Positions 9,483-15,959 of a stretch of DNA of 64,000 nt are shown here, one piece after another. A program made the translations under genes and the position numbers. Origin of the DNA: a virus. Lineage: Duplodnaviria; Heunggongvirae; Uroviricota; Caudoviricetes. The notes beneath the pieces are model-generated. The model ran no database searches. It was given only the letters and a program-made list of their open reading frames with translations, and was not told where the DNA came from. Each line of letters opens with the position of its first letter. Within the stretch, counting starts at the first letter, position 1. The stretch lies in IMG/VR virus record IMGVR_UViG_3300001199_000001, positions 69,404 through 133,403 of that record, one strand, 5' to 3'.

Positions 9483-10145
9483 ATGACGTTCGTTGAAATC
9501 AGAGCCGCTGAGGGCGGCGAGGACTCCAAGCTTCTAATCAGCGTTCTGGCGGCGGCGTATCGTCGTCGCGCGAGTAACTACGGCTGAAAGGTTGAAGAGA
9601 CGAGGCGCCACGACGGGCTTCTCGTGCTCAAGATCGCCGCTCCTATCGACAAATGGCGACAGGAAGCTGGCGGACATCGCTTTCAACGGGTACCCCCGAC
9701 GGAACGGCGCGGACGAGTCCACACGAGCACCGTGACTGTCGCCGTCGTCGATCACGCTGCGTTCGAGAGCGTCTTTAACGAAGACGACGTAAAGATTGAA
9801 TGGTTTTCTGGCACGGGTAAGGGTGGGCAGAACAGGAATAAGGTCCAAGCGTCTTGCCGCGCACTACACGTCCCGACTGGCATTATCGCCAAGGCTGAAA
9901 CCCGTTCACGCACCTCCAGTCAAAATCTTGCCGTCGCTGAACTAAAGCGGCGTGTCGACGAAGCCGCTCAAGGTTTGGATGCGTCTCGAAAAGCCACCGA
10001 GCGTAAGCAGCAAGTCGGATCAGGCATGCGGGGCGATAAAATCCGTACGTACCGGTTGCAGGACGACACTGTCGTGGATCATCGGACCGAGAAGCGCGCA
10101 ACTTGGAAGCAGATCGAGCGTGGTGAGTTTGCACTTTTACACTAA
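9483..10145 (+). CDS. Class I peptide chain release factor homologue (RF1-like, no domain 1) with in-frame TGA at 9585-9587
   Basis: VEIRAAEGGEDS...YG*KVE, GGHRFQRVPPTERRGRVHTS, GTGKGGQNRNK, RGDKIRTY; all in one frame from ATG 9483. Confidence 0.88.
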
Positions 10146-10183
10146 GTTGACAACTAACATGTAGTGTGTCATCATCCACGTCG

Positions 10184-10477
10184 ATGAAAGAAAATGAAAT
10201 CGACGTGGAACAAGGGTTCTACGAGAGATGTGCCGAACTGCTTGGCGTTCCGTACACCTACCGCTCTTATCCTTATAAGGGCCATACTTCTCGGTGGAAC
10301 AACCGAGACCCCGGCAACGGGAGATTTCCCGGTCGGGGGCTCATTCGCCTTTATGGCGATACCGTTCATATGATGCTGCGGCATCCGATCTGTATCACCA
10401 GAAGGTTTGCATCCTCAGCGGAAGCCCTAAACTTTTTAGAAGAAAAGTGTGTCAACGTTGTTGACATACCGATTTAG
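10184..10477 (+). CDS. Hypothetical protein
   Basis: ORF MKENEIDVEQ...; SRWNNR.PGNGRFPG.G motif. Confidence 0.7.
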   Translation: MKENEIDVEQGFYERCAELLGVPYTYRSYPYKGHTSRWNNRDPGNGRFPGRGLIRLYGDTVHMMLRHPICITRRFASSAEALNFLEEKCVNVVDIPI

Positions 10478-10489
10478 CGGTGCTATAAG
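10461..10489 (+). promoter_or_regulatory. Promoter of module A (Glu/Asp tRNAs)
   Basis: TTGACA-N17-TATAAG. Confidence 0.75.
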
Positions 10490-10498
10490 CTCCACACC

Positions 10499-10564
10499 AT
10501 GACCTACATGATTATCTTCCGAGAACGCGAGGCCCTGTCGGGCCGAGATACGTTCGCCGCCTAG
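10499..10564 (+). CDS. Putative leader peptide A, MTYMIIFREREALSGRDTFAA
   Basis: Near-leaderless mini-ORF after the promoter; contains GAA, GAG and GAT codons, upstream of tRNA-Glu and tRNA-Asp. Confidence 0.5.
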   Translation: MTYMIIFREREALSGRDTFAA

Positions 10565-10592
10565 TTGGCGGCAGGCGTAACCGGCCTTCTGC

Positions 10593-10667
10593 GGCCCGGT
10601 CGTCTAATAGTGAGGATACCTGACTTTCAATCAGGAGACAGGGGGGCAGTACCCCTTCGGGCTTCCA
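10593..10667 (+). tRNA. trnE: tRNA-Glu(TTC), atypical T-loop GGCAGTA
   Basis: Loop CT-TTC-AA, CCA end. Confidence 0.88.
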
Positions 10668-10669
10668 TC

Positions 10670-10743
10670 GCTCAATTCGTCTATCAGTAGGATACTAGAC
10701 TGTCGATCTAGAGAGGCGGGGGCAGCACCCGCATTGAGCGCCA
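10670..10743 (+). tRNA. trnD: tRNA-Asp(GTC), atypical T-loop GGCAGCA
   Basis: Loop CT-GTC-GA, G73, CCA end. Confidence 0.9.
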
Positions 10744-11596
10744 TGGGCCTTAGAAAGTACAACTGGCAAGAAATCCAAGCGGTTTATGACCGTGGTCTCA
10801 CGATCCGTCAGATAATGACGCGGTTCGGTATGTCCGCCGACACGATCTCAAAAGCACGCAAGAGAGGGGAATTCAAGGGACGGACAAGGACTAGAAAAAT
10901 CCCTTATCAAAGAGACTGTCATCGCTGCGGTGATACTTTCAATTTAACCGGGCACGATCAAAAATATTGCTCGCAGTCTTGCGCTGCAAGTTTTAATCAA
11001 CTGGGCACGCGCCGCTCTGATGCAACGAGACTAAAACTTAAAGAATCGGCGATCAGACTCAATGCCGCATCTAATTTCACGGATGCGTGGGGTAAGCCAA
11101 GAAGGGCTCCTCGGAAGTTGCTAGAGCAAGTCTGTCTAGATTGCGGTTCGTGGTTTAGTACGATCCCGAGCGCAAGTCGGATGTATTGTTCGATGGAGTG
11201 TACTAATAAGCACCGTCACCACCCAAACTCTCTCGCAAGACGAGCGTTACTTACTGCGGGGTACCACTCGATTCTGGTGCTGAGCGTCTAATTGCAAAGG
11301 AGTTATCCCTACTTGGGATAAGATGGAAGAAAAACAAAGTTCATATTACCAAGAGTTTCTGTTTTACGGATTTTAACGGAAAATCAAGAATGTATTATCC
11401 GGACTTCTACCTACCGGATGCTGGTGTTTGGGTAGAGGTCAAGGGTAAAAAATACATTCGTCCGGATGATAAACTTCGAATAGCGTCTGTCGACGTTCCT
11501 TGTTACTATTTGATATCGAATGAATTCAGCCAGACGCTACATCCGTTTCTGGAAGAAATTACTTCTACCATTCAATCGCGGCATCCGAAATCTTGA
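10743..11596 (+). pseudogene. Frameshifted PD-(D/E)xK (homing-type) endonuclease with HTH and Cys-rich motifs
   Basis: Frame 1 runs to ...HHPNS. The alternative frame continues RKTSVTYCGVPLDSGAE...MYYPDFYLP...VEVKG. One base appears to be missing in CTCTCTC near 11228-11234. Confidence 0.7.
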
Positions 11597-11599
11597 CCT

Positions 11600-11615
11600 G
11601 AGTCACTTAAAGTGA
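11600..11615 (+). promoter_or_regulatory. Recurrent palindromic motif GAGTCACTTWAAGTGA
   Basis: Copies at 11600, 15003, 15513, 22576, 24696, 26205, 28711, 36402, 44842, 48419 and 62025, mostly upstream of structural or lysis genes. Confidence 0.75.
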
Positions 11616-11646
11616 TATGCAAATAGGTCAGTCATAGGGGATTGTC

Positions 11647-11850
11647 ATGAAAATCGTTTACGGTAAAGCTAAGCCTGCTACCAGCCGCAGCGTCAACGCC
11701 GCGAAGATGTCTTACGGCACTGTCGCCGAGCGTTTCCCTGGCCGGAGCGGCGGTGGATACGGAGCCCTCGGCTTCGCTACCTCGGCGAATGGAACTGGTT
11801 TTGCGAACACTAGCCTGTTCGGTACAGCCGCTGTCGCCAACGCTGCCTAA
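11647..11850 (+). CDS. 67-aa protein carrying one GFANTSLFGT filament-type repeat
   Basis: GGGG RBS, upstream GAGTCAC motif, repeat shared with 774-6824 and 53501-59512. Confidence 0.65.
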   Translation: MKIVYGKAKPATSRSVNAAKMSYGTVAERFPGRSGGGYGALGFATSANGTGFANTSLFGTAAVANAA

Positions 11851-11869
11851 AATAATTCGATTAAAATAG

Positions 11870-11898
11870 TTGACACAGCGAACATCCGCTGTTAATGT
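11870..11898 (+). promoter_or_regulatory. Promoter of module B (Pro/Met/Thr/Lys tRNAs)
   Basis: TTGACA-N17-TAATGT. Confidence 0.8.
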
Positions 11899-11905
11899 AG
11901 CCACC

Positions 11906-12001
11906 ATGATCACCAAGACAACCACGCCAATGACCATGAAGCCCACCAAGCCGGTGGGGCTGTCTCTGCGTGCGTTGAAGGAACAAGAACCCGGCGGGTA
12001 G
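11906..12001 (+). CDS. Leader peptide B, MITKTTTPMTMKPTKPVGLSLRALKEQEPGG
   Basis: Codons 3-16 are all Thr/Lys/Pro/Met; followed by a terminator. Confidence 0.85.
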   Translation: MITKTTTPMTMKPTKPVGLSLRALKEQEPGG

Positions 12002-12030
12002 TAAGTTCCAAGATCAACAAGTTTCGCGAG

Positions 12031-12066
12031 ACGGCCCCGGCATAAAAACCGGGGCCGTTTCTTTTT
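12031..12066 (+). terminator. Intrinsic terminator (attenuator B)
   Basis: ACGGCCCCGG-loop-CCGGGGCCGT followed by TTCTTTTT. Confidence 0.9.
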
Positions 12067-12079
12067 GTCCATCAATCAT

Positions 12080-12157
12080 CTGTGTGTAGCTCAGTTTGGC
12101 CAGAGTACTCCGTTCGGATCGGAGGGGCCGCAGGTTCAAATCCTGCCACACAGACCA
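12080..12157 (+). tRNA. trnP: tRNA-Pro(CGG)
   Basis: Loop TT-CGG-AT, C1-G72, A73, CCA. Confidence 0.95.
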
Positions 12158-12170
12158 ATTCGAGGCGACG

Positions 12171-12419
12171 ATGAGTAGATGCTCCGTAGACCCTGACCAA
12201 CTGATTAAAGCTCGCGAAGATGCGCGCGCTGCGGGAGACCGCGTCTACGTCGAAGCGCAGAAGCTAGCATCTGAGTTAGCGGAGCAAGTGGGTCTGGCCT
12301 TTCGCGGTGTCGACCTCAGTGCCTATGATCACCTCAAGATCGAGGTTGATCGAGATTTTTTGGATAGTCTTCTGCGGGGTGAACACCTCAACGACGACTT
12401 CCTGAGGGGATGTAAATAA
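12171..12419 (+). CDS. Hypothetical protein
   Basis: GAGG RBS, ATG 12171; fills the gap between two tRNAs. Confidence 0.6.
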   Translation: MSRCSVDPDQLIKAREDARAAGDRVYVEAQKLASELAEQVGLAFRGVDLSAYDHLKIEVDRDFLDSLLRGEHLNDDFLRGCK

Positions 12420-12496
<77 letters not shown>

Positions 12497-12513
12497 ACTA
12501 GGAGACGGCAACC

Positions 12514-12819
12514 GTGAGACTTTATCTCGACGATATCCGCACACCGCCTCCGGGCGAGTGGGTTATCTGTCGAGATGTTGAACAGGCGCAGGCGATCTGC
12601 GCCGCTCACGGTTGCCCAGCCTTTATCTCCTTCGACCACGACTTGGGCGAGGACGTAGCCACCGGTTACGATTTCGCCCACTGGCTGGTCGACAACGACC
12701 TAGACACAGGCGGAGCCTTCATCCCGGAAGGCTTCACCTACAATGTACATTCGGCCAACCCGGTCGGCGCCGCGAACATCACGGGCCTGCTGGACGGTTA
12801 TCTGGAGTTTCGGCGATGA
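12514..12819 (+). CDS. Cyclic-phosphate-processing receiver-like domain protein
   Basis: LYLDD.R.PP...ISFDHDLG...TGYD...VHSANPVG motif set. Confidence 0.8.
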   Translation: MRLYLDDIRTPPPGEWVICRDVEQAQAICAAHGCPAFISFDHDLGEDVATGYDFAHWLVDNDLDTGGAFIPEGFTYNVHSANPVGAANITGLLDGYLEFRR

Positions 12820-12929
12820 GCGCGGAAGACCGCATAATAAATGCGACCCTCGCGATCATCGCCTCGTTAGAGGCACAGCTTAACAATCAGCGCGCGGCGC
12901 TGATCAGGCTTGTAGAGGAGAAAAATAGA

Positions 12930-13007
12930 CAGGGTGTAGCTCAGCATGGCGAGAGCGTTACGTCGGGAACGTAAAGGTCGCTGGTTCAAGTCCAGTCACC
13001 CTGACCA
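12930..13007 (+). tRNA. trnP: tRNA-Pro(GGG)
   Basis: Loop TC-GGG-AA, CCA. Confidence 0.93.
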
Positions 13008-13016
13008 AAGTTTTAT

Positions 13017-13092
13017 TGTGGTATAGCTCAGTTGGTAGAGCGTCGGGCTCATATTCCGGATGTCGCTGGTTCGATCCCAGCTACCACAACCA
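13017..13092 (+). tRNA. trnM: tRNA-Met(CAT); could be Ile2 if lysidine-modified
   Basis: Loop CT-CAT-AT, CCA. Confidence 0.85.
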
Positions 13093-13096
13093 ATTT

Positions 13097-13168
13097 GCCG
13101 ATGCCGTGTGGTACGGGCCTGTCCTTGGTATGGACGGTGGCAGGGTTCGATTCCCTGTTTCGGCTCCA
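13097..13168 (+). tRNA. trnT: tRNA-Thr(GGT), compact D-arm
   Basis: Loop TT-GGT-AT, canonical T-arm, CCA. Confidence 0.8.
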
Positions 13169-13174
13169 GTTTAT

Positions 13175-13248
13175 GCCGCTATAGCTCAGTGGTAGAGCAG
13201 CGCCTTCGTAACGCGAAGATCGGAGTTCGATTCCCCGTAGCGGCACCA
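13175..13248 (+). tRNA. trnT: tRNA-Thr(CGT)
   Basis: thrW-like sequence, loop TT-CGT-AA, CCA. Confidence 0.9.
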
Positions 13249-13306
13249 TTATAATTGTAAGCTTCGTGATGCCTTATCACCGGATAATGTAATACGAAGT
13301 TTACAC

Positions 13307-13382
13307 GCCGGATTAGCTCAGTTGGTAGAGCGGCAGTTTTGTAAACTGATGGTCAGGGGTTCGAATCCTCTATCCGGCACCA
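13307..13382 (+). tRNA. trnT: tRNA-Thr(TGT)
   Basis: Loop TT-TGT-AA, CCA. Confidence 0.95.
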
Positions 13383-13386
13383 GTTT

Positions 13387-13473
13387 GGATCAGTCACCTC
13401 AGCGGCGAGAGGCACGGGCTCTTAATCCGTCAGCGTAAGCTCATCGTGGGTTCGAGTCCCACCTGATCCTCCA
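13387..13473 (+). tRNA. trnK: tRNA with CTT (Lys) anticodon and a long variable arm
   Basis: Loop CT-CTT-AA, V-arm AGC-GTAA-GCT, U73, CCA; 87 nt. Confidence 0.82.
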
Positions 13474-13475
13474 AA

Positions 13476-13503
13476 TTCCCGCCGACAGTTTAGTCGGCGG
13501 GAA
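13476..13503. terminator. Hairpin closing tRNA module B
   Basis: TTCCCGCCGAC/GTCGGCGGGAA; the U-tract is on the minus strand only. Confidence 0.6.
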
Positions 13504-13528
13504 AAATCGAATAATCTGTATTTTCTTG

Positions 13529-13557
13529 TTGACATACCCTTAAACACTTGATATAAA
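13529..13557 (+). promoter_or_regulatory. Promoter of module C (Leu tRNAs)
   Basis: TTGACA-N17-TATAAA. Confidence 0.85.
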
Positions 13558-13564
13558 CCTCCCC

Positions 13565-13651
13565 ATGTTCACGAACGCCCACACCTTATTGCTACTTAGC
13601 GACGCCTTCGCCGCGTCCTTGGTTGCGCGTGCGTTTGGCGTTAAACGGTAG
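13565..13651 (+). CDS. Leader peptide C, MFTNAHTLLLLSDAFAASLVARAFGVKR
   Basis: Four consecutive, different Leu codons TTA TTG CTA CTT upstream of five tRNA-Leu genes. Confidence 0.82.
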   Translation: MFTNAHTLLLLSDAFAASLVARAFGVKR

Positions 13652-13717
13652 TCCAGACTGCGCTTAGGCGTCTGAGACTATAAGTCCCAACATCTCTGTG
13701 CAGTCCCTTGCTTTCAA

Positions 13718-13797
13718 GGGTCCCGAGCTAACTCAGGGTGGCTTGGGCGCGGCCTTTAACCGCAGAGCAAGAAGTTCGACTCTTCCGGGACCCTCCA
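13718..13797 (+). tRNA. Degenerate tRNA with TTT (Lys) anticodon
   Basis: GGGTCCC/GGGACCC acceptor, loop CC-TTT-AA (C33), irregular D-arm, U73, CCA. Confidence 0.55.
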
Positions 13798-13816
13798 ATC
13801 TCAAGACCAAATCCAT

Positions 13817-13895
13817 CGTCGCCTAGCCCAACCATGGCAGAGGCAATACGTTGAGAGCGTATCCAGTACGAGTTCGAATCTCGTGGCGACGACCA
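13817..13895 (+). tRNA. trnL: tRNA-Leu(GAG), short variable loop
   Basis: Loop TT-GAG-AG, 5-nt V-loop, A73, CCA. Confidence 0.85.
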
Positions 13896-13896
13896 T

Positions 13897-13981
13897 GCGG
13901 ATGTGGCGGAATTGGTAGACGCCCTGGTTTTAGGTACCAGTATCGCAAGGTGTGGAGGTTCGAGTCCTCTCATCCGCACCA
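13897..13981 (+). tRNA. trnL: tRNA-Leu(TAG)
   Basis: Class II cloverleaf, loop TT-TAG-GT, CCA. Confidence 0.95.
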
Positions 13982-13990
13982 TTCATTCAC

Positions 13991-14065
13991 GGCCTCGGAA
14001 GTCAAAGAATCGAGACAGCCCGGTAAGGGAACTGAAGTCGGTGTAAGTCCGGCCCAAGGCCACCA
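13991..14065 (+). ncRNA. tRNA-like RNA (8-bp acceptor plus 5-bp T-stem, CCA end)
   Basis: GGCCTCGG/CCAAGGCC, T-arm GTCGG-TGTAAGT-CCGGC, irregular anticodon arm, ACCA end. Confidence 0.55.
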
Positions 14066-14073
14066 TGTTTTAT

Positions 14074-14151
14074 CGCTGGGTAGCCCAACTTGGTAGAGGC
14101 GACGCGCTCAGAATGCGTACAGTGAGAGTTCGAATCTCTCTCCAGCGACCA
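14074..14151 (+). tRNA. trnL: tRNA-Leu(CAG), short variable loop
   Basis: Loop CT-CAG-AA, 5-nt V-loop, A73, CCA. Confidence 0.85.
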
Positions 14152-14168
14152 ATCTTAAGGGGACTAAA

Positions 14169-14375
14169 ATGACTCTGAAGACCCACGTCACCGGAATGGT
14201 CACGTTCCAGTATTATCGCGACGGTAACCTCTGGTACAAGACGGATTCAGGTTTCAGCTTCCCCGTCCCGGTAGACGACACAGGATCAGCGACGTTCTCG
14301 GCGTTGGATAAGGCGCTGCTTTTCATGCGGTACATCCGTAAGCATATGGATGTCATCGCAGCGAAGGTAAATTGA
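14169..14375 (+). CDS. Conserved small phage protein
   Basis: F.YYR.G.LWY.T..GF.FPVP..D.G.A.F...DK...FMRYIRK pattern; GGGG RBS. Confidence 0.75.
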   Translation: MTLKTHVTGMVTFQYYRDGNLWYKTDSGFSFPVPVDDTGSATFSALDKALLFMRYIRKHMDVIAAKVN

Positions 14376-14379
14376 TCAC

Positions 14380-14462
14380 GCGGGTATGGCGGAATTGGTA
14401 GACGCGCTGGCTTCAAGTACCAGTGTTAATTCGTGCCGGTTCGAGTCCGGCTACCCGCACCA
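14380..14462 (+). tRNA. trnL: tRNA-Leu(CAA)
   Basis: Class II, loop TT-CAA-GT, CCA. Confidence 0.93.
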
Positions 14463-14468
14463 ACCTAT

Positions 14469-14545
14469 CCCCTGGTAGCCCAACTGGCAGAGGCAACGGA
14501 TTTAAGCTCCGTCAAGTCTGAGTTCGAATCTCAGGTAGGGGACCA
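14469..14545 (+). tRNA. trnL: tRNA-Leu(TAA), short variable loop
   Basis: Loop TT-TAA-GC, 5-nt V-loop, A73, CCA. Confidence 0.85.
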
Positions 14546-14554
14546 ATCATAAAT

Positions 14555-14588
14555 AAAGCCCCGGTGGACCCAACTCCGCCGGGGCTTT
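14555..14588. terminator. Bidirectional terminator
   Basis: AAAGCCCCGG/CCGGGGCTTT with A/T-rich flanks. Confidence 0.8.
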
Positions 14589-14594
14589 AAAATT

Positions 14595-14910
14595 GGAGAG
14601 GGGCGGAGGACTTTCGCCCGCCGCCCCTCATATGCCGTGTGTTGCTCCAAAATTCCACCTAGCAAATCTGAGATACATCTTCCCGTGAAGGTTAATGCAT
14701 CCGGCCTCCTACGCAGCCCAGTACGGGACCTTTCGGTTTCCGCCCGGCGTCTGTTTCGGCCTTACCGCCATCTCCCTATTTCTAAGGAGCGGCAGGTCCG
14801 GTAGAGCCATGTTCCTCGCCCGAAGCGTTAGGACCGGAGGGCTCCAAACCCGTTTGGTTCAGACAAATAGACCTTACCCAGCGACCCTGTTCGGGTCAAC
14901 GCTCTTTTGT
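14595..14910 (-). ncRNA. Candidate structured ncRNA on the minus strand
   Basis: GAAA tetraloop stems (14595-14628, 14725-14745) and a C(UUCG)G loop (14817-14827) read correctly only on the minus strand. Confidence 0.45.
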
Positions 14911-15070
14911 AGTTATCCACAGTTTCGAGAAACTGTGGACGGTTTCCAAAGCGGTCTTGACAGCGTGCGTGAGATTGACTAGGCGCGCGCATTTCTTGAC
15001 ACGAGTCACTTTAAGTGAGAGTAAAGAGGGCGGCTACCCGTTACGCGCCATTCCAACCCCCGAAGGCCCC

Positions 15071-15511
15071 ATGTATCTTTCTCCGCACTTCAGCTTGGCT
15101 GAGCTAACCGCCTCGAACACCGCAAAACGTCGCGGTTTCGACAACACCCCGTCGCCTTATGTGCTGGAGAACCTTCGCGTCACGGCCGAAGCTATGGAAG
15201 AAATCCGCGCCATTCTCGGAAAGGCGATCATTGTCACGTCCGGGTTCCGCAGCGCCATCGTCAATCAGCTTGTTGGCGGCTCTCAATCATCCGCCCACGT
15301 TCAGGGCTTTGCCGTCGACTTCATCAGTCCGGGATTTGGCACGCCCTTCGAGGTCGCCCGCGAGATCGCCAAGCACAAGGATGAACTGAAGTACGATCAG
15401 TTGATCCACGAGTATCGCGACTGGACGCATATCAGCTTCGATCCCCGCGCTCGGAAGATCGATAACTCGATCTTTACACCGGGCCGTTATCTGCTCGGTA
15501 TCTTGCCGTAA
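15071..15511 (+). CDS. Peptidase M15 family cell-wall hydrolase (endolysin-like)
   Basis: LSPHFSLAEL...VTSGFRS...S.H..G.AVD...DQLIHEY..WTHIS. Confidence 0.9.
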   Translation: MYLSPHFSLAELTASNTAKRRGFDNTPSPYVLENLRVTAEAMEEIRAILGKAIIVTSGFRSAIVNQLVGGSQSSAHVQGFAVDFISPGFGTPFEVAREIAKHKDELKYDQLIHEYRDWTHISFDPRARKIDNSIFTPGRYLLGILP

Positions 15512-15541
15512 CGAGTCACTTTATCCTAAGGACACCTGCAT

Positions 15542-15814
15542 ATGTTGCCTGCAATAAGACTCGGCGCGACGACCGTCGAAACCGTCACTGACGAGTCGGC
15601 GTCGTTCACCCAGTCGCGTCCGTGGACCCAAGTGATGGTCCGCGCCAACGTCGCCGTCTGCCTGAAGACTGGTTCGACAGCGACGGAAGACGACTTCTAT
15701 CTAAAGGAAGATACCTATCTCGCCGTTGAACTGACTGAGGGCGAGACGCTACACTATATCCTTGCTACCGGGGAATCCGACGGCGAGATCAGAATCACCA
15801 CAATCGCCTATTAA
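15542..15814 (+). CDS. Small beta-rich, probably virion protein
   Basis: GAGTCAC motif upstream, AAGG RBS. Confidence 0.6.
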   Translation: MLPAIRLGATTVETVTDESASFTQSRPWTQVMVRANVAVCLKTGSTATEDDFYLKEDTYLAVELTEGETLHYILATGESDGEIRITTIAY

Positions 15815-15818
15815 ATTG

Positions 15819-15847
15819 TTGACACAGCGGAAACGCTGTGTTAAAAC
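15819..15847 (+). promoter_or_regulatory. Promoter of module D (His/Ala/Ser tRNAs)
   Basis: TTGACA-N17-TAAAAC. Confidence 0.75.
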
Positions 15848-15854
15848 CCCCGAC

Positions 15855-15959
15855 ATGATCAAGACCGCAACCCATTCGAGCGCCCATAGCTCCGCCGCAT
15901 CAGCGGCGTCGAGTACGGCTGCTCGTGCGGTCTCCGCCTCCGCCAGCAGCCTCTCCTAA
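15855..15959 (+). CDS. Leader peptide D, MIKTATHSSAHSSAASAASSTAARAVSASASSLS
   Basis: 12 Ser, 11 Ala and 2 His in 34 codons, upstream of His, 3 Ala and 4 Ser tRNAs. Confidence 0.88.
   Translation: MIKTATHSSAHSSAASAASSTAARAVSASASSLS

Noticed and set aside
9585-9587. Genome-wide TGA recoding (alternative genetic code)
   Set aside because: TGA ends many clear genes (7145, 9239, 24718, 36403, 44843), and no UCA or CUA suppressor tRNA is present.
10593-10743. Permuted alphaproteobacterial tmRNA (GGCAGUA T-loop)
   Set aside because: Both elements are complete cloverleaves with Glu and Asp anticodons; there is no tag ORF or G3:U70 acceptor.
12816-12974. 52-aa ORF after the receiver-domain gene
   Set aside because: Its last 45 nt overlap tRNA-Pro(GGG); plausible but unsupported.
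14700-14870. Hammerhead ribozyme or RNase P in the minus-strand structured region
   Set aside because: AGGCCGAAAC and GAAAGUCC fragments are present, but the CUGANGA core and the RNase P helix order are not.
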